This document shows, piece after piece, positions 1 through 13,836 of a stretch of 64,000 nt of DNA (position 1 is the stretch's first letter; each line of letters opens with the position of its first letter). This DNA is from Phoronis australis (lineage: Eukaryota; Animalia; Phoronida), in contig NMRA01000008.1 in assembly GCA_002633005.1 (NCBI GenBank), positions 1,131,974 to 1,195,973 of the forward strand, in the 5' to 3' direction. The translations under genes and the position numbers were made by a program. The notes beneath the pieces are model-generated. The model was given only the letters and a program-made list of their open reading frames with translations, was not told where the DNA came from and did not search any database.

Positions 1-3000
1 AACCGTAAAATTGCAAATTCGAAAATGGCGTATGCATGCTTACGCATCGCCTGTGACCCTAGAACGCGACTCATTCGGTAACAATTCAAGATCGAAAGAG
101 CGTGGTAATATTTCTAAATTACAAACCCCTTCGATTAAGAATTCAACATTGACAGTGCCCATTTAATATGCCCCCCGAAAATTAGCCTCGTTGATACGAC
201 CAGGTGTTCCCTTAGACTCCCCTCTCCCGCTATCGATTCGGGTTCTGATGCATCACTCATTTCAGTGCCACACTGTTGGGTATTTCCGTCTATTACACTC
301 TCATTACACCAGAAATGTTCTCTTATTTTTCGAAGAAGGGCGTGGTGAAATAAGTGTCGAAGCAAAGCACTTAGTAATTATAATGTCATTACTGCCGTGG
401 TAAAAGCCCCTGTACTAGTCATAGTTTTAGGCATTAATCATACGAGGGACTGGGTCAAATGAACTGAACCCTCATTCGTAATTGGTCCTCAGGAACATTG
501 TCTCAAACCCCCTGGCCAGTACTCTTTTGGATATCCAAAAGAATTTGAAATAGAACGACTGCAGCCTAATTCAACTCCAGTTGCCGGGTAATGAGAGCAA
601 CTGTGCTGAATTTCGAATGCTAACTAGCTTTAACAAAAAACCTCGAAATGAGTTTCGCCCAACTACACTCATGTCACTCTTAGGAGTTGTGCTGGAACAC
701 TGTTTTTCCTTGAAAATAAACGAATGCCGCTCACAGACAGGTCATACTACAAACACCAAAAACCACGAAGGCGAAAGCTGCGTGAGGCTTCATGCATCTG
801 TTTTACGTATATATATATATATAACATGCCTGAGTTATCGAATTTAATATGGAGGTTTCCTTGAAATTTCCCAGTTTCGTGTTTGTCGCAAGGCTTGGCA
901 AACAAGTGCCTTTGCGAATAACAAACATTTTAAATGCGTTAGATGTTTACCCTTGACTCTCACAAGAAGAGCAAATACGATACCAAACAAGCCTCGTTCT
1001 CGATGCGATGGCCCACAAGTGTGTAAGACGACTGGCTGACATTACAAAAGCACCACCGTCAGGAATTACTCCCCGGGAGCTCTTCCATAGGTCGAAGGGG
1101 TATTTTCGGAAGAGAGACTCTCCCGGTGTATTCATTCGTGTGAACTCACCAAAACAAATTGCGACGCAGGACTCTTGCGAGGGAAGCTACTGTGATCACG
1201 TGCTTTATCTGTAAAGCGTGGTGATGACGTCGCGAAAACTTGCACGTTCTTGAGTTTTTGCAAGTTTTATGGAACGGGCAGTTGATCTCCATTGTGGAAA
1301 TTCCGCATCGTTACTTTTGCCAAAATAGAACAATTGTTCTCATTTAATATTCTAGAACTGTCAACTACACATGGACCTTTACAGCACAACTAAAAATCGA
1401 AGTGCATTTCAGCAGACCCGATTTCATTGTCGTTCGCTTTATGGCCTGTGGGCTTCAATAACAATTCATGGTGCTGACCAAAGGGCATTTTCAATAGGCA
1501 CGTTCAGATAATGTACTATGTCAAGGTGGATGACTTATTGATTTGATCTTTTTAACGATAAGAGATATAATTTGTTTTTCTTATCAAAATGCTTGTGTTT
1601 GAACGTGAATGCTATAAACTGACAACAAGCTGTGAGTACGGTTGGTCTTTAGTAAGACTGGGTTATTACCAAATAAGCTCGTGCAGTGACAATCTAATTG
1701 TACTGCCAGCAATTTTGACGCCGAAACCCATGCAAACTGTCGTTGACTTGCATAACGCTATCATAAAACGTCCATCATAGGCAAGGATTTGGGGCATGAG
1801 AACCCGGAATGAGAACACGCCCAGCATGGATTACCCTTTGTTAACCATGTGAAAAGGGCGTTGTTATTGTTGTAAACGGAAAATGAGCCGGCGATGTGTC
1901 ACTCTGTCTAGACGCGACTGTTGTTTTATGAAAAAATCATCTTCCTTCAATTATCTGTGTCTGACACACAGGAGGTCTCGATGATTTAGGAACATCCATC
2001 GCGGCCGACGTTCGCCTTGCATCTTCGTGAAACGAACTGGAGACTGGATAAACACACTTACCTTTTACTTTTTACTCAGAGTTAGGTAAAAAAATCTCCC
2101 CCGGCACCGCGACCGCTTACAACACTAGAGGCGTGAGTTGTTTTGTTTCAACAACACTAAACTAGTCGTTCTCTCTTTATCCCCTTGCGAGGTCGTTCTG
2201 AGAACTGGGGTACCCTGTTGAGACAGGACTCTTTGGGAAATTCATCTGTGACGAAAGCGAGGTTTGACCAAGCGCATTCTTCGGAGAAGGGACCCCAAAG
2301 CGGCAGTATCTCACTAAATACGTGAATGTAAACTTTTGTTTACCCAGGATGTTCTGCGTACAGCAAATGAGAACGTTTTATAAATTATGTTAGTATGTGG
2401 AAAATTCGGAAACAAAGATCAACTTCAAAATGCATTTTACTGAATTTTATTTTCGTTTTGCATACAGTTTGACAAATAAACGGTTTTCATTTGGGGTTCA
2501 CATCTTGTTTAAGATATGATATTACTGTGTTCACAGGAGGCATTACCTCGGGCACCTTGCTTACAACCTCTGAAACGCAAAACATCAACTTGTTGAACTC
2601 GGTTATTCAACATTCAAAATTGTATATTGAACCTTCTACGCCATAACATTATTTGCATCCCTTCAAAAATTATGGAAAGTATTGTGGTGTCAAAATGACA
2701 TCAATTTCGATAAGATTGGCCCACCCTTGCAAGATTGAGCTGCTTCATGTCCCTAATCTGTTTTGTTTGTACTTGGCTAATTTGCTCGTACATTGGAAGT
2801 CGGCCTATTTTACGCTTTTCGTGTTTAGGACGTAAGGAAGAGGGAATGCTCTTTTAACCTTTCTTTTCTGGATTTCAACACAAAGACTTTTAATTCTCAT
2901 CGGGAAGCGCCGCATTACGATCCACACATTCATTTAGTGATGTGAGTTGAATCGATGTTTTTTATTATGGATATCAAAGCTGTTCAGCGGGAAATGCAGT

Positions 3001-5870
3001 GAGTAAGTGCTTCACAAAGGCTCAGATTCTGAGACAAAGGTTATAATATACGTCACTAAAAAGACAACTGACAACGGCTAAGCCCGTTGAGTGGATCTTT
3101 AAGGCATAGACTGTCAAAATCCATGTAGTTAAACCTTCTAGCCATTAATGTAATTTGAGTAAACATATAGATATTAATGTCCCTGAAACAGGAGATGAGA
3201 GACCAGTGATGACTACGTGTTTGCCAGTCTGGTATAACCATCAGTCCACTCAACTTGATAGCTTTCGTCCCAAGCCAACGCAGCTTATCCAGTTGGCGGT
3301 TAATGACGGATGAATTCAGTCCTCGCATCCAACGTACTATTTTCGTTCACTGACATTCGCCACACCCTCGACAGCGCCCGCTAAAACAAAACATCTCAAG
3401 ATGTTTACCCGAAAGGTCACAAGCAAATGTCAGAGTGTCTGAAAGCCCTCTCGCCAAGATAAAGCTAGAATTTCTCTTGGTTTTAGAGCGAACGATAACA
3501 ATTGTTAATACTGTCAACCTGGAACACAACATGACTGTTATTGTGTGCGGATCATCCAATGTCGCCACGATTATAAGCTATGATCGAACGAGTGTTTCAG
3601 ACTGCGAGATGAGTTTCAAATTGAGTGTAATCAAAAAGAATGAATCCTGGTATTAGGCATTATTAAAAATGTGCTATTTCTACACGAAAGCGTATTCTCC
3701 AAGTGTATTAGAATACCCATGTTGTGTTATGCATTGATAATGAAAAGTGTAAAAATTCACTCCTGGATAATGTGATGGTAGGTTTGCGAACAGACTTTAT
3801 TTTAAATTTTCCTACTAGTTGCTTTATAGCTGACCGTGTTAACTTTTTTCTCAACGTAATAATAGCATACGCATGGGATTCACTGGCTGGGGATTCAATA
3901 TTTTTGTTCTGTACGGTACCTATTAGGAAAAAAAGTCGGTCGCCGTCCATCGCCATTTCAACTGAAAACCACACTGCTCTCAAGTGCCTAATGTACACGT
4001 CGTTGATTGTTTAACAATACCCTCCTTTGTTTGACGTTGCTTGTAGCTGTCTGTTTGCCCTTCCTTCAGTGTGCCGCGTCAGTGACGTGCTAACTCCTAA
4101 GCTCTTGTACCTAGTCTATCTCCTGAGGAATGTCGCCTCTCTGGCCCCATAGACGATTACAGAAAGGCTTGAGGGAATTGAGTGATTTAGTGATGACCTT
4201 TTTGTGGTACACAAATAGATTGGGTTTAGTGAAACACAGATTATCAAAAAGACGACCTGGGGGACTGTATGAAGTTTAAAATTATTGCTGAGCACATGGG
4301 TTGGCAGGGTTAGAATCACTATTATGAAATTTCATGTTCGCAGCCTATTCCAGGATCGTCATAGAGAGTTGGAAATTACCGGGATGAGCATGCCCCCGCC
4401 CTCCTTTGCTTTTTTCTGCCCTGTTTATCATGAACCAAAGCTTAATGAGTCGGTCCGGTCGACTTTAGACAACAATGACGTTAAGCAGTTCGAATGTAGA
4501 ACATTTTTGAGATCACTTGACCTAATTTCAAAGAGAGGTATGCAGCTTGAAGATTTCAAGTACCCGACACATCTACCTTATCGGTCGTTGGAGTTCACTC
4601 GACATTGGCCACGTTTGGAGTTTTTATTTTTTAGTCTGACTTAGCGTTCTTGCTCAAACTTTGCCTTATTCTAGTAGATTAGGGAGTAACATTTTCGACA
4701 GGTGATAACGTCATACGCGTGCATCCGATCCCTCTCGGACGGAGTTCTCGAAGATCCAAGCACCCCTTCGATCCGCCTTTGTGCTGTTGATTTGTGTAGT
4801 CGAAAATTAACCCTGGTTTTGTTTATGACGCCTTTTCTCGGCGCAACCATTTTAGTCTTCCTAACGATCAGGTGTAACCCCGCAATGGTTATCAACTGAA
4901 GTTTCTGAAATAAGCCGACAGCTGATTAGGATTGCTGGGCATGGCTTCCTCGTTAACTGGTGAATCTGCTGGGGAGTGAGGAAACCTACAAAACAAATGC
5001 AGCGGTTTTGTGGAATTGGCACAAGGAACGTTGGCTGTACTCAAGGCGTGTCTACGGAGTGAGAGGTGGTGGCGAGGTCAGCCATGTCGGGTCAGTCGGT
5101 ACACACATGTGGTGGGCTGAATGGTTTGATGTTATCGACTACGAAGGAAGGGTGAATCTGCCAATTGATGATAACTGCCGGTGGTGGTTATTTTGTGAAA
5201 CCTGAATGGGAATCCGATCGTCTGTTTCGTGGGATACTCGACCTAATTTGATATGGGGTGTGGCGTTTAGTGAAATGTGGACCTTAGCAACGTTTATCGG
5301 TGTCGAAAATTACCCCCGACCTTCCTCGGTCCAAAATACATCATACTGTATATCGTCTCAGAAATTCTATCCTGCGAGATGATTTGGGTGAAAAATGTAC
5401 AGCAGCATTGGGAACTGGCCACCGTGAGGGGCAGGGGTGAGGTGCACCTATGTCGTGAATAGCGATTGAATATCGTTTTTCAAAACTATCTTTCTCGATA
5501 TCATTTGCTAATGTGTATATTTTATTTGCGCTATGTGTTACTTTATATGGAATAAAACCTCTGTCAAAGCGCTCCCATGATTGCACGTCACAGCAACGTG
5601 TTCCAAAAGTAAATCGAGGCCAGTTGAAATTACGTTGGAAATGCATTTACATGACAGACAGGCCTTGTGTTGATGTTTTGACAGCAATACAGAGAGATAG
5701 TTTTACGGATATGATGTGTGCAATAAGCGGGGTAGTTACGACCAAATTCAAGGTTAAAGGTCACGCGCTACCAGCGCGCAAGTTCTCAAAATTATGAAGC
5801 ACCGTAGAAACAACCTGTACTAATAACACAGATCCGTGGTTATCTTGGAGAGACATTGTCCGTATCAATT

Positions 5871-7570
5871 ACTATTCCCTTGGCGCGTTTATGCGCCCAC
5901 ATATTTATATGTGGTCGCGTATTGCCGTCATCTCTGTCTGTCCGAGCGTAAGTCGTCCGGTGTCCGGCGTCCGCAGCTGTATCTCCTAAACCCCTCACAG
6001 GATCTTGATGAGATTTGGCAGATCTGTTCCTATGAAGCTGTCAACGGATGACGAAGAATTTCAGACCTCTCCGACTACCGGTGTGCCCCCTAATGGCAAT
6101 TTTATTTTTTACGCTTACCTCTGTATCTTCAGATGTCCTCAACGGATTTTCATAAAATTTGGAAGTTAGGCATCTATTACTGAGATGATGCCATCCTCCC
6201 ATTTTCGGACGGATTCAAGGTACTTTGCGCCACCTAGTGGCCAGTTTTACTGTTTTCGAGTCTGTTTTTTGGCGTCCGCCGTTCTATCAACCAAACCGCT
6301 CTAGGAATGATTTTGAAAATTAGCATATATGTTCTTACTGTGAAGAGGGCGACTGACGATGATTTTCCGACTACTTCGATAACTGTTGCGCCTCCTAGTG
6401 GCATTTTTGTTTGTTTTTGCGCCCATGGCTGTATCTCTTAACCTTTCACAGGATCTTAATGAGATTTGGCAAATGTGTTCCCATGAAGTTGACAACAGAT
6501 GACAACGAATTTCGGACCTCTTCGACTACTGGTGTGCCCCGTAGTGGCAATTTTAACTTTTTTACGCTTACCTCTGTAGGTTTGGAGGTCCTCAACGGAT
6601 TTTCATAAAATTTGGCAGTTAGACATCTATTAGTGAGATGATGCCATCCTCCCATTTTTGGACGGATTCGGGGTACTTTGCGCCACATAGTGGCCATTTT
6701 TACTGGTTTCGAGTCTGTTTTTTTGGCGTCCACCGTTCTGTCAACCAAACCGCTCTAGGTATGATTTTGAAAGTTGGCATATATGTATATACAGTGAAGA
6801 GGGCAGCTAACGATGATTTTCCGATGACTTGGAATACTATGGCGCCTCCTAGTGGCAGTTTTTTGTTTTTGCGCCCATGGCCGTATCTCCTAAATGCTCT
6901 ACAGGATCTTTATTGAATTTTGCTGGTGTATTTATATAAAGTTGACTACAGAGGATGACGACTTTCGGAAGGATCGGGCTACCGGTGTGCCCCCTAGTAG
7001 CAATTTTAGTTTTTTACGTTTACCTCTGTAACTTAAAGGATCGACAATGGATTTTCATAAAATTTGGCAGTTAGGCATCTGTTAGTGAGGTGACGCTATC
7101 ATCGCGGTTTTCGGTAAAATTCGGGGCATTTTGCGCCACCTTGCGGCCATTTTTACTGTTTTCGAGTCTTGGTGTTGTTATTTGACATCTGCCTTTCTGT
7201 CAATCAAACCACTCTAAGGATGGTTGTGGAAATTGGCATTTATGTTCCTAATGGGAAGAAGAAGTCTGACGATGATTTTCCGACGACTTTATCTACTTTG
7301 GTGCCTCTTTGTGGCGGTTATGTTTTTTGCGCTTATAGCCTCTTAGTGGCAATTTCATTTTTTCTTTTTCCTGTTTTCTCAGAAGTTCCTTAGACAGATT
7401 TTTATGAAATTTGGTAAATAGCTTTGATGACACATACAAGTTCTCAGATGGATTCGACATATTTTGTGCCATCTGGTTGCAAATTTTTATGTTCCAAATA
7501 AACACCCCTAGAAGCACAACGTTAGCGGTGCATTCGTGGGCGCATTTCAACGCTCCGCGTTGCTCTTGTT
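5871..7570 (+). mobile_element. Non-autonomous Helentron/HINE (DINE-1-like) element carrying an internal tandem array
   Basis: Subterminal inverted repeats ATGCGCCCAC (5891-5900) and GTGGGCGCAT (7536-7545); 5' palindrome CCACATA-TTTA-TATGTGG; GTCY-rich tract (~5935-5973); 3' hairpin CAACGC-TCC-GCGTTG (7548-7562) followed by CTCTTGTT; no coding capacity. Confidence 0.7.
5977..7500. repeat. ~452-bp tandem repeat, ~3.3 copies, built from shorter GCGCCNCCTAGTGG / AAATTTGG subunits
   Basis: Unit start (GCTGTATCTC...ACAGGATCTT) recurs near 5977, 6428 and 6880, and more degenerately near 7375. Confidence 0.85.
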
Positions 7571-9381
7571 ACTATTCATATGACAATGAAAAGTGATGTA
7601 AACGCCTCGGCAAAAGGCCTGCATCTTGGATTTACATTCCTTTTCATTGCGAAAACACAATGACCGATGTTCAGTAGCGAGTAGACCTTGGATAAAATCC
7701 CCCGGGAGAACGGTAACTAACACAGAAAAGGAATCTCCAATATAAAACCAGAGATCTGCATCACATCATAAGTGATTGCGTTCCTTTTAAAAACATGTAG
7801 TACTTTCTGTGAAACATTTTACGACTGCCTTGTGTTGTTTTGGAGAACATTTTCACTTTCGGATGCTCTGCAATACAAACGAGAAAATGTGTAACTCGGA
7901 AGTGTTTTGCTAGATTCTGGTTATTCTTTTAAGACAATTCGACGTTTTTGTGAACGTTAAGCGTGTTATTCGGAAAAAAAGTCTCGTCTATGATAGTGCT
8001 GTGTTACGATTCGTTTCGTGATGTTTTTAGTGAAACCAAAATTCAGGAGAATCCGGTGAAACATTGGTGGATTTGAGCACAGAAGGGCATTTCCCGGAAT
8101 GGATGCGCTGAAGAGGAGCGTTTCTCTAAAGAATCCCCGTAACACTACTTTGTTTTGAAGGCAATGCTTTCATCGAGGTTTTTGTAGTCACGGTGGGATT
8201 AACTTGGAACGGTTCGATTTTCTAGTGTCAATTCGAAGGTCGTCGCTCCTGTTTCACCCTAGGTGTATGCTAACGCCAACTTAAAATTCAACACAACCGA
8301 GTTTTGAACCCTGCTAGGACACGCTCCCAACAACCGGGCTCTCTGTCACGACTGCATTGGCCAAACCTAGCTCATAGGGGAAGGCAACAGTTTTTAGTGT
8401 CATTTATTATTAAATTACGATTTTCTAGTTATCGTACGGTAGATAAATTATCAAATCGAGTAAAGGCCCCGGGTTCTGATTGATTATGCAAGCGTCACTC
8501 CGGAAGTGACGTTCGTGGCCCGAGTCATTCCCCACCAGGTGCTCCATGTACGAAACTTCATTGTGGACATCGACACATGGTTTTAAAGGAGCGATAAACA
8601 ATGTTCTGGTGTGAAAAACAACTTGCTTCTCAGACGTACGTGGGCTTCCAAAGCAAGGTCATCGTGTTCTTGACCTCTTTCTACATATTTATATTATTCA
8701 AAACTTGTTTGTTGACAGAAAATGTGAGCTTACTGCAGCGTTATTTGGCTTTTTTACGTTAGAAGTGTGTGTCGTTATCGCTTATCTGTTGGTTAGAAAT
8801 GTACGTGAATGTTCTCTGTTTTCGTTGTTTGGTTTCATTCTGCAGTCCCGACTCCGTGGCAGATATTCCACGAACCTCTAACCGTAAACATGTCAACGAT
8901 TCGGACCTGGCCAGCTCCACTGCTCTCATTTCCCACTTTGTTCTCATTTTCTATGGACCTGGAAATTTGTGTTGGGAATTTGAAATTTCAATTCTGACAC
9001 CAAAGAATTATACTTCGCCGCGCATCATGTTGATATGTTTCTTTGCTTCTGTGGTGGCCTGGACGCCGGGCTTGGCAATAGACCCTGGGTAACTGTCAAT
9101 GGTAGCACGTCTCATGTATGAATACACTGGTGCTACTCTGCCAACATTTGAATGATTTGATGACATTTCAGATCTACCATGGCTCACTTTCTATTTAGTC
9201 TATGTTCAGCTTCCCAGAAAGCATGATTAAAGATCGGCAATTCCGGTGCAATATAAAACTGATGGTTCTGAGACCGTTCTCAGACTTCATGCTTGCCATG
9301 GGAGAATCGGTATAAAAGTCATCAATGTAATTTTTTTAATTTCTCTTCTACAGGTGCGTCTTTGTGGTGCTTTTTTCAACC

Positions 9382-9850
9382 ATGTGTAGTCGCCACGTGA
9401 TCAGATCACGTGACTACGTCTCAGTCAGCCAGCCTCCTCGGCCGCCAACATGGCGCGACGTCCAATCGCCGGATGGGCAGTCAAAAAAGCGAGACTTAAA
9501 GTTTACAGATATCTCTGTCGTACAGAAAGCTAGTTCTGATGGTGACACAAATAAAGATAAACAGGGAAAGCAGAAGCCGGATTGCAGACGTTATAAAAAA
9601 GCAAGCGTCCATCGCACGCGGAGCGAGACGCATCTTAACAGCAGCGATTTGCCAGACAACTACGAACTCACCACGAGTTTGGCTAAAACAAAACCACAGC
9701 TCTACACCAGGGAGTATGGACTACGAACCGAAAAGGCCATTAAAAATGCTCAAGTGTACTTATCTCAGAACATTAAGAAATGTACAAAGTGGTTGGAAGA
9801 TGTTCACGCTTGTGAACCATTGGAGGATGTTGAGATTAACAAATTTTCAG
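9382..9850 (+). CDS. Coding exon 1 of an uncharacterised ~235-aa protein (KCxxWL motif, weakly PRR18-like)
   Basis: Acceptor ttctcttctacAG before 9354; ATG at 9382 (MCSRHV...); open frame to donor CAG|GTAAGA after 9850 (phase 1). Confidence 0.7.
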
Positions 9851-10271
9851 GTAAGAACAATGCTGTCCAGGGCCCGGCATTTCATTTTCGAACTCAGACT
9901 TGACTCAGACTCAGGCTCGAAACCTAACCAATCACGCAACTTGATTAGAGAGCAAACTTGTAAATTTACTCGAAGCATGCGATTGGTCAATTTTCAAGTC
10001 TAGTTTCAAGTAGGCCTACGTGAGAGATTAGACCCTTGACCCTGGGCTGCGTTCCATAGACTGAAAAACTCGCGAAAACACAGCATCTCTCAAGTCTTCG
10101 TGAGTTATCGTCATGCATTAAAACCTAAGCACGTGATCACACTAGTGGGCATTGTTTTAGTTGTTACCTGTGCCGAGGACGTGTAACTTAGATCTTAATG
10201 CCTAGTGTTGTTGCAGCTAAATCAACTTTTCGAGCTAACAAATCATTGTGGGAATGGAGAGATCTGTGCCC

Positions 10272-10660
10272 GGTTGCATGAAGCAGTCCCAAATAGGGAT
10301 TCCACTGAGTTCCTTAAATCTACTGGTGTTAATGTGGACTTGTGAACACACCATTGTCCTTTCTTATGCTGTTTTAGTTTCAATACTAAGTCAAATTTTG
10401 GTTTTGATAAAAATCGAGAGTGAACTTGACGTTGAATTCTCAGTTATCGAAAATAAATCTTTTCATGCAACGCCTTTAACTTAAGGACTAACTCGCTATT
10501 TATTTTCATTGAATTCGGGGTTCAGTTTTTAGTTATGTTATTATTAAATGTCATTATAAAGATGAAATGATGGAAAAGATTACATCTGTGAGTAAAGAAA
10601 GACACAAATAAGATTTAGGGAACTTAGTTGAGCCCCTATTTAGGACTGTTTCATGCAACC
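10272..10660. mobile_element. MITE family A, copy 1
   Basis: Long imperfect terminal inverted repeats GGTTGCATGAAGCAGTCCCAAATAGGG / CCCTATTTAGGACTGTTTCATGCAACC; homologous copy at 18776-19182. Confidence 0.8.
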
Positions 10661-11471
10661 TCTAGCGTTGCAACGAATTTGGTCACAAACAATAAAATCA
10701 ACCAGTATTCCGAAGTTCAGGACCGACCTGCCGAAGCGTATTAAACTGATTTCGTAGTTGAAGAGCTTATTTCAGTGGCTCCTGTACTTGATTTCGTTGT
10801 TCGCATTGCCTACTTGTTTTGTTCGGAAAATAGATTTAGCGATAGGGAAAGTTGGTTGTATGTTTCCCCTATGTCCTATAAAATTCACATTTCAACGGAT
10901 ACCTTACAGACCATGAATCACGTAAATATACTCCCCCAAAAGAGACATTTGCATTAATCTCCGAACCTATTAATTAGCCAAGCGGTCGCACAATCCCACA
11001 CCAGCGAACACATACAGTCGTCCAGACTCAAATCACTTCAGCTGACGCTAAAATCAATCTTCCCAGCCAGTATTTGGCAGGGTTTTGCACGAACGTTGTT
11101 GCCGTCCCGTAGTTTGAAAAATGCATTTTGGGGTGTAGCCTAGTGTTTCTTCTGTAACGTGTGGTTAAGCACGGTCGCTCAAGATATAAAAAACTGACGT
11201 AAACGGGAAATTCTTCTGTATTTGTTCCTTCCGTCACAAGCAAAATATAGCGGAGTCGGACCGTTTTTACACATTGTACGGGAGAAACATTTATGTCTAA
11301 CAGTCCATACCACGATATTTTGTCCCCTCCATTATGCTATGGAAGTACCACAGAATCTATCTCTTGGTATGATTTTATGCAATAGAATTCCACTGTATTT
11401 TTGTGCACAGGGGGACCAAACGGTATGCCGTAAACGTCCAAACCAGAATTTTTTGAAATTATTTTTTGCAG

Positions 11472-11710
11472 GGGTCGACATCGACGTATCGGAAGATTAC
11501 CACTTTGCCAACAGCCATAAGGAAGAGGTTGACCAAACTTCTCACCAGATGTCTCTAACACAAGAAAATGTGATAAGACAACAGGGAGTGAATGACTCTC
11601 GAGTCGTAGTTCATCACATATTGGTGCATGAATACTCGGAAGCGCAAGACAACACCCAGTCCACGTCAGCAACACTCGCCGAGAGCGACGGTAGTAACCA
11701 AGTGACATAG
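11472..11710 (+). CDS. Coding exon 2 (terminal) of the same plus-strand gene
   Basis: Acceptor attttttgcAG; the phase-1 join reads in frame GVDIDVSEDYHF...SNQVT to TAG at 11710; AATAAA at 12400 and 12693 downstream. Confidence 0.7.
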
Positions 11711-11827
11711 CGGTACCCATGTGAACTAGAAGCGAGGCCGTGGACCTATTGCAAAAGATCCCTCCCTGGAAATTTGGAATGCTGTAATGGCTGCTGCAAA
11801 CTCGCATTCTCTCAAAACTAACTTGTT

Positions 11828-12032
11828 TAGACCATTTACGGATATAAAGCTGACCTCAATTTATACTTTCTCAGACTAGAGGTGATTTCTGGTCTGGTGG
11901 AGAACTAACTGACAGCGCATAGAATGACCCGCCGTGATAAGTGACCTGTGGTTTCAGTCGGTTCTCTCCAAGACCAGAAGTGAGTTGCATGTAAGTAAAT
12001 TGAGACCGGTTTTTGAACTGGTAAATGGTCTA
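11828..12032. mobile_element. Foldback MITE in the probable 3' UTR of the plus-strand gene
   Basis: Termini TAGACCATTTAC / GTAAATGGTCTA, plus inner arms (TTCTGGTCTGGTGGAGAAC / GTTCTCTCCAAGACCAGAA). Confidence 0.7.
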
Positions 12033-13836
12033 AATCACGTTTAGTTTCTTTTAGGGATGGCGTGTCTAAGCATCTTTAATCAACGGAATGACTCTTGGTT
12101 GTTGTTACATGACATTCAAATTGATGCGTCGATTGATTAAGAATTATTGGTGCCAGCATGGTTTGACAGTGTTTGTGACGCGTACATGTGCGTTGTTTTA
12201 TGATTACTCTCCCTGCTCCTCTCTAAAATTGCGTTTCAATTCGTGGACTGACTTGTGTATTACTCACGAACGCTGTCACATGCAAATAACCATGCTATTT
12301 TTGTACATCGTTCACTATTATCAATGATGAATTATTAAGTGATTATTTATGCCTAAATTAAATTTTATTTCGAAAATTTGTTGTTTTGTTCATACATGGA
12401 ATAAATTAGTGGGTAATGGCGGTGTCTCTTCAAGCGGTATTGCTTTTCCCCTCGACAGGCAAAACTTATCAACAATGTTATGGATCTTTTGACAAAACAG
12501 ATTTCAATTCTAGTTAAAGATTTTTTGTTTATGTTATTTAAAAACATTGAGTAACTTCATGACGCGTCCCTAAATTGTGTGTTCCCTCGTGTTATGGCGA
12601 ATTTTCACATCGTATTGAGAGACCAGTCTGTGAACAACAAATCATACCACCACTAGATTTTCAAAAATTTTAATTTGCACTTTAAAATGTGCAATAAATA
12701 TGGCGATCCACGGTATTTGTAGCTCCGTTACAAGAAAAAATATCGGGTAATCGAAAATCTGCGCTCAATTTGTTGGTCTAGTCGATTTTCCAATTTTTGT
12801 CCACTTTCGGTCAAAATAAGACAGTCTCTACCCTTTCGATAGAGTTAATTAGTGGAAATGAATTCGGCAGTACTACTTAAAATCCTGACGATCCGCATCA
12901 TGACGATTGTAGTTTTCACGGTGTGATGATTCCTAGCGAAAAGACGGCAGCGTTCATTACTCCTTGCGATGGGAAAAACCGTCAAAATGAGAGGCGCTCT
13001 CATTTACACGTGTCTCGTCACCAAAACCATTTTCTTTACCGCCTCAGTCGACAATAACCGTATCCAAGCACTTAACTTGTAATCGTTTCCGCCCGCCGAT
13101 TGTCTTTTTGTTTCCAAAGAGCAGATTAATTCTGCTACCTTCATAGTAGACGCCAAGCTTTAAGGAACACAGTGCCGTGAATAGTACAAAACGATCTGCC
13201 ACTCCTGGCCAAAAAATATTTGGTCTCCACAGTGTTGAAAACCTGCCAAAATAGTTGTAGTGAAGATGGTAAGTGTGCGCGGGTGCATACGGACAAGCCC
13301 GAAGCCTGTGTCAGCTGGATTCATTCAGTCCGCAGGAATCACTGCCACACGGTGGACAAGAGATGCTGCCATGCATTCATGCCAACTGAAAACACCAAGG
13401 ATACTATCCGACCTGCAATAACACAACTTTCGTCCGCTCCACCACCCCGGCCCCCTCCCCGACTTCCCTCGCGCGTTCTTTCGTTTACCCACGTGAGGTG
13501 AGCTGAGATATCACGAATTTCTCAAAGGCAAAAACACCCACCCTTTACGATACGATATCTGATACGGTAAAATAAGCACGGAGTTGGGAACGACCATCTC
13601 TAGACGACCTGTGAAACTTTCCTCGCGGTCTCACTCTCAGCGGCCAATAGTCCAGCCCATAGACGTACCTCATCAGCATGTCAGTTTCGATGGCCCAAAA
13701 AGACTCACTGACAGGAAGCCAAGATCACTATGTATCTTCCAAAATTTATTTTTAAAAATAAATCAACATCTTTCAATTAATAATCCACTTAACAATCAAC
13801 AAAGCTATAAAATTAAGTATTAACAACAGCCTCCCA

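Noticed and set aside
135-5800. Numerous short ORFs in the first 6 kb
   Set aside because: No recognisable motifs and no consistent splice-linked frame; consistent with chance ORFs in non-coding DNA.
6301-7596. Several 60-100 aa ORFs in the tandem array
   Set aside because: By-products of a non-coding repeat; no transposase or Rep/helicase motifs.
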